Below, piece after piece: positions 37,827-49,058 of a stretch of DNA of 64,000 nucleotides. The position numbers were made by a program, and so were the translations under genes. How positions within the stretch are numbered: the stretch's first letter is position 1; every line of letters starts with the position of its first letter. A model generated the notes under the pieces. The model saw only the letters and a list, made by a program, of their open reading frames with translations, ran no database searches and was not told the origin of the DNA. The DNA comes from Parasitella parasitica NRRL 2501 (lineage: Eukaryota; Fungi; Mucoromycota), in contig MU619248.1 in NCBI GenBank assembly GCA_025201805.1, forward strand, positions 62,001 through 126,000. Direction: 5' to 3'.

Positions 37827-39682
37827 TTCAGTGGATTATGTACTTTACAAGAAAAAAAAAGGGCTATGAGAATTTTTTTTTGTTTAAAGTTTGAGGTTTC
37901 CGTTAAGTGTAACACCAGCTGGATACATTACAATAGAGTACTTAATGTCTCAGAAATTGGACTTTCATTCTTGGCAAAAGCAGTAGGCATTTGTTTTGTG
38001 GTCTATTGAGCCATTGCATGTTTTTTTTTTAATATAGGCAAATGAAAATGTAGACTATATCTTTGCTGCAGAAAAAATAAAAATATTTTGTGAATTAGCG
38101 AAACTATGCGAGGTAAATACTCACAGATTATATATGCCATTCGATGCATAGTTATGCGTTTTCTCAAGGGATAACCTTGATACTATACGTATACATAGAA
38201 TGGAAAACATGTGGATTTTGTAATGTAGATACAAATACGTGGCGAAAGTCCTTTTTTACATGTAAGACTTGTTTTTCGCGTAACTACCTTGGACAAGCTG
38301 ACGTAAAAGGACTACAAAGTCGAAATGAATATTTATTTCGCCAAAATGTAACCGAGAACGAGTGATTTTTAACCTTTTGACCAAATCCAGTGGGCAGAAC
38401 TACGCCTAAATCTGGAAAAAAAAATGCCCCAATAAACAATTGACCAATTTTCCTCAATTTTTTATGTGGGTTTTATAAGGGAAAATTGATAGATTTACTA
38501 TCTTTTGCTTCGGAAGCATCTTGATTTTTCACTATGACATGTATTAATTGAAAATGATCCGAATGACTCTAAAAATTATACACAGGAAGAGCAAGGGTGC
38601 ATAATTTGCGTATATATAATACCTAAAATAGCAGTTTCACCATCATCCGTTTGGTAGGCATTTCGAGATCATTATTATGGTCTTTGGCTTCGCTCAGCAC
38701 TGATACGAGCCAAAATGAGAAGGCATGTATGAGATTGATATTTCGTGGGAGTTCTCTGGATAAATGTGTTCCGACAGAATCTATTTTAAAAGGCTAATTT
38801 ATGATGACAAACACGAAGAAATTCATTGGAGATTGAAGAACCGAATTTAGATAGATGTCCGTGCAACATGGTTTGAATTTTGTTACCTCCATTAATACAA
38901 GACCTGACCAAACAAGTAGTGAAAAGCGGATCTTTTTCTTAAATCCTTATCAGAACTAATAAACGGGAAGCTCTTGTGCGATGTTTCGATACAACAGCAT
39001 AATGTTTGTTAAATCGATGTCTGGCACTGATCCATCACAGCTTCATATTAGTCTTTAGTATATGGTTATTTGTATATGATTATTTACCAACTTTTAGGAG
39101 CACTCACCACCTATACATCCCGACTCCACAACTCCCCGAAACTGTATATATTTTACTTCATATAAAAAGGTTGTACAGACTGCCACAAGAGATCGTTTTG
39201 ATATCTAAAATAGCCATGATAGGTTGGTATGATGACAAGATGTCACACTGGATAGATAAGACAGGCCTCTATCCAGTCAGTATTGCCCATTACGTAGGGT
39301 TACGTATAATCCCAAACACCAATCCCCTTTTAAGATAAAGACTATCCAATCAATTGCCAGATGATTCACCTCAAATAACAGGGACGATCTGATTAGATTT
39401 ACATCTTCAAACAAGACTATTTACATTTGACAAAAATTTATTATAATCATTCCTAATGCGTGTATATACAAAGATAGTGAAAGTTAAGGACAACAGCGAA
39501 TTTGCATGTGTGTAAATTAAGAAAAAGAAAAAGAGTAGGGGTCTGTTGAGTCAAAGGGGAGGGGGGGCGGGAATAATATTACATTGATAATATGGTAGAA
39601 GTGTGTTTTTCTTTGATTGTGAAAATGGGTTAATATAAGTCATAGGTAGTATAGTATGATAGAGAAAAGCATGTCTAGTTAT

Positions 39683-40744
39683 TTACAAACTGAGGATTTG
39701 ATCGTCTGGGGCAGTATTGTCGTTTGAGCTGCTGATGAACCATTTGAAATATTCGTATACACTCCAACTAATAGCAGCACTTGGCATGTTTGTAAGTACT
39801 CTAGGCTTAAATCCTCTAAAAAAGCCTCTGACCCCATATCTTTCCTTGATAATATTCACAGCATCCATAAGTCCAGATGCGTTACGAATACGGGGATCCG
39901 TATTACTTCCACGAGTCTGCAATAACGTCTTCACGACATCCAACGGTGTGGTAACAGAAGATGCGATAGCACCAGCCAAACCACCAGCGATAGCATGAGT
40001 TTTAGGGTCGTACTCACCAGAAGGATTAATCACTTTGCGAAAGAATTCGTATGAAGCAAATTGGATGGATTGGAACGGAACAGACATGGTTAAAGTGGTA
40101 GGGAGGGAGATGTAAAATGCAGCAAGTCCTTCCTTGGCGTACACATTACGAGCACATTCTCTGACGGAACGATAAGCGCTATCACCGAGTTGCATGCGTT
40201 GTTTAACGACATCAAAAGGGTTCATAAGAGTATCGTGAGCCAGAGTAGCGCAGGCACCAGCAGCAGCGTTGGTTAGAGGATGGTGCCCACCAGCATTTCC
40301 ACCGAAAGCATCTTTGCAGGCTTCATAAGTGGCAAAATGGACTGCGTGAGCAGGACCAGCGCCCAATACAACAGAGTTAACGCCACGCCAAAGGTTGCGT
40401 GAAGCTGATTTCATCGTTTTGACTGAGGCTTCAGTTGTTGACTCTAAAATAGCAGAAGAATGTACATGACGATGATGTTTGTTATGATGAGGCGAGGCAA
40501 AGACTTGAGATCTGGCAGCAGTAGAAGCATTTGGTGTAGCAACTGACTGGATGACCTGCATGCGAGTCTAAACTAGAGCTTTGAGTTTATGCTATATTAT
40601 TTATTCTCTATGCGTGTGTACCTTAATACTGTCGACAGGATACATGGCACAATGCTCAGCAATGCCTGCCAGTGCGCCAGCCATGGCATCTTGAGTGAGG
40701 GTAGCATTATTTCCAAGAGATTCGTAGTCGTACTCGTCTGACAT
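39683..40744 (-). CDS. MRS3: Mitochondrial iron carrier (mitoferrin, Mrs3/Mrs4 family)
   Basis: DYESL N-terminus, AGIAEHCAMYPVDSIKTRMQ, GAGPAHAVHFATYE, three Px[DE]xx[KR] carrier repeats; one intron. MRS3 vs MRS4 cannot be distinguished. Confidence 0.92.
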
Positions 40745-43145
40745 TATTGTCGTTATTATAAGAAGGGGAGGGGGGGTAATGAAATAGGTAAAAAAAAAAG
40801 TTGAAAAAGAAAAGAGATTTCAGACAAATACGAGTTATTTATACAAAAGAGAAAAATCTGATAAGCCTCTAATATACTTATCAGGCAAACCGGGTCCCCA
40901 AAGAGAAAAATCTGATTATAAAAATCCGTGTTATTTATTACTATCAACAAAGCAACAATTATAATCATTCATCAATATTCTTATCTTTATTTGGTTCTGT
41001 TGAGCTTCTCCATCTCTTTGAGAGCTTGTACTTTGACGGTGGTTGCACTTGCTTGGAAATACACACCAGTAGTATTATTATTTTTATCATAATATAAACT
41101 TGACTCCTCTCTTAAAAGTGGTTCAATGTCTTCAGAATCAATTGCTAATCTTAGATATGTACCTGTCATCAATGTGTCAATTTAATTTTAAGAAACGAAC
41201 CTTGTGCGCTACTATGGCATTAAGCATAAAGTTATTCAGGTTTACTGTCATTAGTACTATATTGTGTTTTATCAGATCGGTTTAGTATGCATGGTAGACT
41301 TGTTTGGTGCATCTATTTTGGTTGCTGGTCACTGCCTTTCGCTTCAGCCACCTTTGGAAAGGTTTAGCTCCTTTGCATGTTGTGGTTTACGTTCTGATTT
41401 GCTCATGACACCTAATGATGCTTTTTGCCTCGTTATTGCCTCTCGCTTCTCTCGGTTCCATTTCACATGTGCACTGTTTTCTCTTTTACATTCACTGAAC
41501 TCAGAATATCGCTTTTTTTATCTAATGATAATCCAGATCGGCAACTGCTTTGCTTCTCCTTGCATCAATTTTATTATTTTTTAAAATGTCTATCGAACGC
41601 GTCTTCGAACCTATTTATTCTATTCAAGCAGGACATTTGGAATAGGTTAAAAAAAAAGGAAGGCTGTGTCTAGCACAAAAATTCTGCTGTAGCAACTCAA
41701 GATCAATTAAAAAAAGGGGGAAAACGGCTACCATCTTTCTTCCATCGTCCGTACACCCGCGCATGGTAGTGCATGGAAAAGATATAAAACAATATCCCTT
41801 ACATAGATTGAATCTTGGCCAATAGATTTGATCCGAAGCATCTGATATAGAAGATTATATATCACCAGCTTTGTTAGGCAATTTGAGGAATGATTCACAT
41901 TACATTATTTATTAGTTATCTGATTATTCTATAACATTCGTACTATTTAAACCTCTTCGCTTATATAATACATAGAAGGATTTCAAGTACAAACAAATAA
42001 AAATGCATCCTTTCTTCGTTTTGTTAAAAGCAATTGGTGTGACAAAACCATCTGATAACGAAATACATAATTCATTTGATTAAACAAATGTACTACACTT
42101 TATATTGATCATCTCTATTTCTATTATTATAAAATTTCCTTTTTCCATCTGCTACTAGAACTTTAAAGTACCAAGATCTATGAGATTGCTAATGTTTCAT
42201 GTAAACCTAATTCCCTTCTTAGACAGCACATTCAATTATAAAAAAAGAATTGCAATGAAATGTTTCCATTCACTAAGACTGGGTTTCTCCAATGCAAATA
42301 GATCTTCTTTGAGTCTAATTACAGTAATATAGCTAATTGTGCATATGAACTGCACAAAGCATCTTCGGAAATTGGAGAATGCCTAATAAAATCTGATAAA
42401 CAAATTTCCGTCTTTTGGATGCTGTATAGTGTGAAATTTAATGTACCTCGATTTCCATGTGTACAAACATCGAACTCCAATAAAAAAATTTCATTCGCAA
42501 ATGATTTTACAACTTATCTTTTTGTTGTTCCGTCTAGCCAAATGTATGCCAGCTAATTTTAGTGCTGGCACCCCCCTGAATAGCTAGAACTTATTTTCAG
42601 GGGATGAGAGTTATGCCTCCAAGGGTAACTTTGTTTTTTCCAAATTACTTGAATCTGTGCAATTGAGTATTTTAAGAGCATCTATCAGGGTTCCGTCTCT
42701 TTTGATGGACTTGTCATGTCAGATATGCTTAGTACAATACTAATGATCCATATCAAATATCGCATGGTGGCACTAACCAATGTGTATTAGTTCCCGGGTA
42801 AACTAAACTACTTTACAAAACGAGCCACCAAGTATAGCTGCTGGAAATACAACGATGCACTTTTCAACGGAATTCAAATAAACAATCGACACTGTTACTG
42901 TGTTGTATACTAGGATGATGAAAACGCAGAGTTGTGCGACCTGTATGATCGAGTACAAGAGATACAAATTCACTACAAGATTGACAAGAGATAATCAGAT
43001 TTTGCCATTTTTCGATTACTTTGTCGTATTTGGGACAAGTCGAATTGTCGTTTTTTGAAGATAATTATCGGCTATGATGTACGCTCTTTAACTACGAAAA
43101 TGTCTACAATAAGGATAGAGAGCCAGTTTTCGATCCGTGTTAATT

Positions 43146-43271
43146 ATAGGTCAACTTACCCGTAAATATGGGGTGTTTTGCTGTTATACAAAACATAGCG
43201 TTGGTCAAGCTATTTTTGTACAAATAAAAATATTGATGTTAGCATATAAAGTAATAGAATCTGTATCAACA
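43146..43271 (-). ncRNA. Candidate Fanzor omegaRNA scaffold / element 3' end
   Basis: Directly 3' of the Fanzor stop: hairpin 43220-43187 (TACAAAAATAGC...GCTATGTTTTGTA) and GC hairpin 43174-43158. Position fits known omegaRNA placement; function inferred. Confidence 0.4.
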
Positions 43272-46200
43272 TCAGGATAATGTACCCCGTCTAAACTCTT
43301 CGGGCCGGTTGTTGTTGTTGGCAGCCATGTGCAAGAAGATGGAGCGTATATTCAGACTTGCCATATGATCTCTGTTCCATCGAGTGTGATAGATGTTGCA
43401 GCTGAGAACTAGAAAGATCTTAATATTGGTGTTGTCTCGTTCGTTAGCAGTACTTTTCAAGTGGCATCTGGGGCATATTTGGCTTGCCAAGTACTCGTCA
43501 ATCATAACCACATATTTCCTTGAGTTTGGCCGGTTTCGATTGAATGATTTGGTATAATCGAGCAAGGCTTTCCGAAACACCTTTGTTGGGGAAGGCACGT
43601 TTCCACGAAGTCCACTAAACATAGCAGAACCAAACGCCAGAACCAAACGCCACAACAGTTGGCCTTGTAGCCTCACCAGCATTGTCTCTAGGGGACATTG
43701 GCTTCCACTTTTGTTGGTTTGCTTGCACTATATCAGGGCCATCCTCCTGGTATTTTTCACTACCAGTAAATAAACGCTTACACATTTCAGTTAATGCTTT
43801 TTGTTTGTTTCTATAGCCATGGTATTTTAGCTTTTTCAGCACGATCGTGTAGTAGTCTTTGATTGTCTCAAGGTTTCGAAATATGTATCGCAAAGCTTCA
43901 TTGAACTGATCCCAGTTACAAGTCCTTGTTGATGGCGTATTAGAAATCAGGCGGCATGCATCAGCATTGGCTTGATCATGTTTGGCTCTTTTAATGATGG
44001 CAGACTTGAATCCAAAAAGTTGATAATATTCGCCTAGAGAAGTTTTGCGTATTCTATGTCTTTGCCTATCCTGACTAGCACCAGTACCAACACCGTCGGA
44101 AGCAATAAAAACATCACGTATCCCAGGATCCAGCCCCCATATGGTAGCAGTATTCAAATCAATTTCGGTTGCAATATCAGCAGGCGTCAAAGCAGCTTCA
44201 GCGGCAAGGGAAGGTCGGTCACAAATAAACTCTAATGCAATACCATCAGTGCGAATAGCGCCAGTAAATCTCTTATCTGATAATGCCTTTCCATCAAGGT
44301 CGTTTCTTGAACGGAAGCCAATACGACTCATATCAAAGAGGCTCCAGCATACATCTTTCATATCTTCATTGGCTGCTACCGATGGCCTTATTCTTGATTA
44401 TTTGATTATTCTGTTAATGCCTGAAAGATTTATTTGAATATAATGTCGCTGAAGACTGTATTTTGGCAGAATATTGAAGAGACGAGCACCACGAGGATCA
44501 GTAAATTTTTCAGGTCTGTATTCATTTCTGGAAATAGAAGCTCTTGTCCTAGCTACAAAATCATCGATAGCAGCTTTCTCTTGTGGAAGCAAATCATTGC
44601 GTCTTTGTCTTTGGACTAGGTCAGCTGCAGGACTACGTCTTTGTGTGTTTTCAAGGAACGAATGAGTAACGTATCGTTGGATAGAAGGCTGCTCCATACT
44701 TATTGAGTCTCTAACATGTGTTTCCAAAGTACTGCAAAATCGTCTTGGTAGTCTTCTGAAGTCAACAATTTCTCCTAGTTGACGATGTACGAATCCCTTT
44801 GTGGCTCTTGTTTGAGATACTGGTTCGCGAATGATGATTTGTTGCTCCATTCTTTCTAAAATGTGGTATAGCCAAGGCAAATACAAGTGAGGCTTAGCAT
44901 AGTAATCTGCTTCAGTCAAACTCAAGCCTTGTAATCTTTGACGGCACTCAGTAATAAGATTGTTGATTGAGGTTTGGTGAACGTCGGCAATTTCCAAATT
45001 AGTAGGGTAAACTAACTCTTGATTAGTACAAATAGCATTATATAGTCGCTCAGCTAGGTCGCGTTTGACTCCAGTTGGGAAAGGAAGGTTTGGAAATTCA
45101 GTTGCGTCAGAAAGCCTTGTAAAAAGATAGCGCGCCGTTTTTTGGCTTGAAGTTGGTCCCCATATGATTCTCCATGAGCGTCTCAAAGCTACGCATGACT
45201 ATTGTGATTATTGTGCTATACTGAATGTTAGGAAATTGTCGCTCCCTATTGAAGTCTTCTCCCATGGGATCAGTAAATTCCAAGAAAGCTTCATAGATAT
45301 CAGCATCAGCTTTTTTTCCTTGGCCAACAAATAAAGCAGCAACGTTGTATAGCTTCTTGTGAGTCAGTTTTGGTATAGGCTCACTATTTCTCAAAAGTCT
45401 TAGACAGAACCAGTTCAGAAATAATGAAGCTGCATAAGTAACATCACTGAGATGACGGACAACGCGGTGGATCTCCGTAACAAATCTGGGTTTTAGGTCT
45501 TGATTAAAGTTGTCAGCCCTCAGCATAGTTTCCAATTTGGCTTTGATGACAAACTTTGCTCTTCTTGCTCTTGGACCACGTTCTTCAACCTCTTCTGCTG
45601 CGACTACAGGGTTTCTTTTGGGTTCAGAGGCAGAAGATTCTTGTCGAGTCTTTCTCTTTGCTTCAGAACGCATTTGTTTCATTCTGACTCTCTCAGACAG
45701 ATGCACTGGAGTACTTGTGGATTCAGTAGGCGTACTTGGAGTGAGACTAATAGCCTTTTCAAACTCTTGTGTCATTTCTGTATTATAGTGGAAGAGTATT
45801 TAGTAAAACTTCAGAAATGTAATTCAATTTCCATTGACATACCTGTGGATTGAGCAGAAGCCTGTACAGGAGACCTAACTGGGGGGGTACTGTGCGATCA
45901 GTGCGAGTTCGAAGAGCAATTGGCTCTTGAAAATCATCATCTTCTTTAAGAGTGGCAACAACAGAAGAGCGAGTAATGCGAGGAGTTGGATGTAAAACAG
46001 CAGAAGAACTAGATTCACCGGATTCAGCTGCAGGCCTTGTTTGCAAAGACAATCTCGTCGCTTCTTCGATTTCACGTTGCTCCCAGATAAAGCGATGGGA
46101 GGTCGACGAACGCCAATTGGAGCTTGGAAGTCATCATACTCTTCATTCTTAAAAAAGTCAGCAGGAATATTTGGAGTAACATCTTTGGCTAAGGTATGAT

Positions 46201-46391
46201 GTTATATTTAGTATTTATCATATATTTCGGTTATATATCTACATCCAACATACCCTTTTCCTTTCCTTTTTCTTGACCTAGTTTCTTCAAAATCATTGCT
46301 CCCAGAAGGATCTAAAAGCATATGGTAAGACATATGATATAAATCTATATATTAATCTAAACACTTTACCAGGTTTTCTTTTTGGAGGCAT
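43272..46391 (-). pseudogene. Fanzor1 (eukaryotic TnpB-family RNA-guided endonuclease) gene, intron-containing and disrupted
   Basis: RuvC-I WGLDPGIRDVF, VVAFGSAMFSG..GNVPSP, RuvC-II VMIDEYLASQICPRC, RuvC-III WNRDHMASLNI; upstream F.G.IRTDG and RLFNILP motifs; three GT-AG introns (46369-46312, 46253-46189, 45842-45778); several frameshifts, in-frame TAA 44400-44398 and a 13-bp duplication 43626-43651. Confidence 0.88.
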
Positions 46392-46823
46392 TCTTGTATA
46401 ATTAAACTGAACTAACAAAAAAAAAGGGCAGAATGAAAAGCCTGTTATGAGCTCTCTTATACAGTATCATAACTTCAAGTGCTACATTCGGTCAGATTTT
46501 CCAGTGATAGGGTTTCCAGATTCATTATTTGATTGGTCTACCAAGTACGTTTATAATTTGAGTTAGAGACAGATGGAAAATTTTTCTTTCTTTCAGCTTC
46601 ATTGTTCAAATTTTGGAGAAATAGATACATAGTTTCAACAATCAGGAAGAGAAGATTTGAACGACTTTGCAAAAAAAAAAAATAGAAAAGAAAAAGAAAA
46701 AAAAGAACCTAATCGAAAAAAGAAGCACACATTACATACAATAAGAGCCTTTTTATAAAAGCAAAATTCCTGTGAAAACTCTGCATTTGAGACTTTCTCC
46801 CAGTTTGCATATCTCTATCAATT

Positions 46824-47921
46824 ATGACTACAGCTATTCCTTTCCCTTTACGTGTTGATCCTCATCTCAAAGAAGATGGAAAGCCCAAACAATTCCAACC
46901 TAATCTCAATGTCAAGTTGGTATGTCCTGATTGCAGAGTTGAACCTCCCTCCATTGTGGAGGAATTCGCCTCGGGTGACCTTGTTTGTGGAGATTGCGGG
47001 CTCGTTCTTGGTGATCGTATTATCGATACGAGATCAGAATGGAGAACTTTCGCAAACGATGAAGGCGATGTATGTTGAATAATATTTACTATTAGAAATA
47101 TTATTAACATTAGTATATATGTGAACGTGTAAAACATATAGGATCCTTCTCGTGTTGGTGCTGCAGCAAACCCTTTGCTTGATGGCAATCAATTGGATAC
47201 AGTCATTTCTAGAAGAGACGGTGGCTCTGGTACAGCTAAAGACTTGAATAAAGTCCATGGTCGAGCCACTGCCGTCAAAGGCGAGCGTAACCTTGTGCAG
47301 GCTTACAAAGAGATTAGCGCCATGTGTGATTCCATTTCACTTTCTAAAATTGTGAGCGACACAGCAAAGCAGCTTTACAAACGAGTGGAGGATGAGAAAT
47401 TATTGCGTGGTAAATCTAGCGATGCTATTATTGCGGCTTGTATTTTCATTGCTTGTCGTCAAGAGAAAGTTGGCCGTACCTTTAGAGAAATATGCGCTTT
47501 GACTCGTGTCCCCAAGAAAGAAATTGGTCGATGTTATAAATCACTTCAAGCCAAATTGCAAACAAATACCACCATTATGAACTCTGAAGATTTGATGCTT
47601 CGTTTCTGTTCCAACCTTCAATTGCCCAACTATGTTCAGAAGGCAGGTATTGATTTAGTTAAAAGGGCTAAAGAAGTTGGCACACTTGCAGGCAAGTCTC
47701 CCATTTCTGTCGCCGCTGCTTGTATCTATCTCGTTTCTTACCTTTATCGCCAACCTAAATCAACTCGTGATATTGCTCATGTTGCTGGTGTATCTGAAGT
47801 GACCATTAAGAGTGCTTATAAATCACTATATGCTGAAAAGGACAGCCTGGTTGATTTGGATTCTTTGAGAGCTAAACCTAACGGCGAAGGATTGAGCTTT
47901 GAAGATCTTGCGTTACCATAA
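46824..47921 (+). CDS. SUA7: Transcription initiation factor IIB
   Basis: Zn ribbon CPDC...[15 protein letters not shown], two cyclin folds, [13 protein letters not shown]; intron 47070-47141. Confidence 0.97.
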
Positions 47922-49058
47922 ATCGGCAATAAGACATGCGTCCGTCAAATGTACCTCAAAAAAACTGAAAAATTGTATATAAAACTTAATAAAAAAAAAA
48001 GTTCTTGTAATTAATTATCTTTATGTGATTCATTGATCTCGGTGATGAATACGCAAGTCTTAATCCAGAGGCTTCTTGAATATTACACTACTTGGGTCTA
48101 TCCTGGGTAAATTTGTAGTTTACAGTTTTTTGCCATAAACCATCAGTACACGGGTTGGGCGGATTTGATAGGTGTCAGAATGTATTATGTACTCAAATGA
48201 ATAGTTGGATCGCCCGACTCGACTGACGCGCCCTGATCCAGAGGTACTCGAATCGATCTCGATTCAAAACTGGTGTATTCTAATTTGTATACATTACGCC
48301 CGATCATCATAAGCAAATTGCACTAGAGACTCGTGTATAAGATTAGTTAATTAATTAGTAATAGACTCGTTTTATATACTCTTCTTTTTTCGCGTTGTAG
48401 CATAATCTAATGCTTTGATAAGCTTATTTTTTTTTTTTTGGGTGCCAAGTTTCCATGATTGATGATGTATGTACTCCTTTTTTGCATAGTAGAGAGCACA
48501 TGCATGTATATATATTGCCCACGACTTGTACGAGAATCTGTATGTGCAAAAAGCAGGAGTTTGCCAACATGGATCATGGCAACATGTACGCATCTGATAT
48601 ACTGTTGCTTTTAAATTAAGGAACATCGATGTACTTCATAATAGAACAAACAGTTCATTTCGGCGATTTATAACGCATGACTTGGAATTTATGCGCTCCA
48701 CGCATACAGCACTCATGTGTCTACCCAAATCAAGTATATTTATACCCAGTTATTGATAAACCCGAGTCGAAACTTGGCATAAGCAGACGATTTCATCCCT
48801 CAATGGCAACAAACATCATTGCTCTTTTTAGAATACATCGAGATGTCACTTGGTCTCATGAACCCCTTGGTTCCGCAAAATGTTGCTTCTTTGAATTCAT
48901 GCAAGACTCTTAATTAATTAATTATAAATTTTATTCATATAGGTAAATGTCCATTGAAGTATTAAAATGCGCGAGAAGGAGGACTGGGGTAAATGATACA
49001 GGAATTGGTATATTATAGATTGAATGAATAAACGATATATGTGCTACATGCAGGATTT

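Larger units (their letters stand above)
43146..46573 (-). mobile_element. Putative non-autonomous Fanzor-carrying element, possibly Helitron-type
   Basis: 3' hairpin ACCCCATATTTACGGGT + 8 nt + CTAT (one mismatch from CTRR); candidate A|TC 5' end at 46573; no transposase or TIRs found. Boundaries speculative. Confidence 0.35.

Noticed and set aside
38550-39340. Coding region
   Set aside because: Many stops in all frames and no identifiable homology; possibly a decayed pseudogene but unsupported.
42500-46620. Terminal inverted repeats or TSD around the Fanzor gene
   Set aside because: No matching inverted or direct repeat pair found by eye.
48200-48270. tRNA or SINE-like sequence
   Set aside because: GC-richer patch with a vague T-arm resemblance, but no GTTCRA motif, acceptor stem or cloverleaf could be built.
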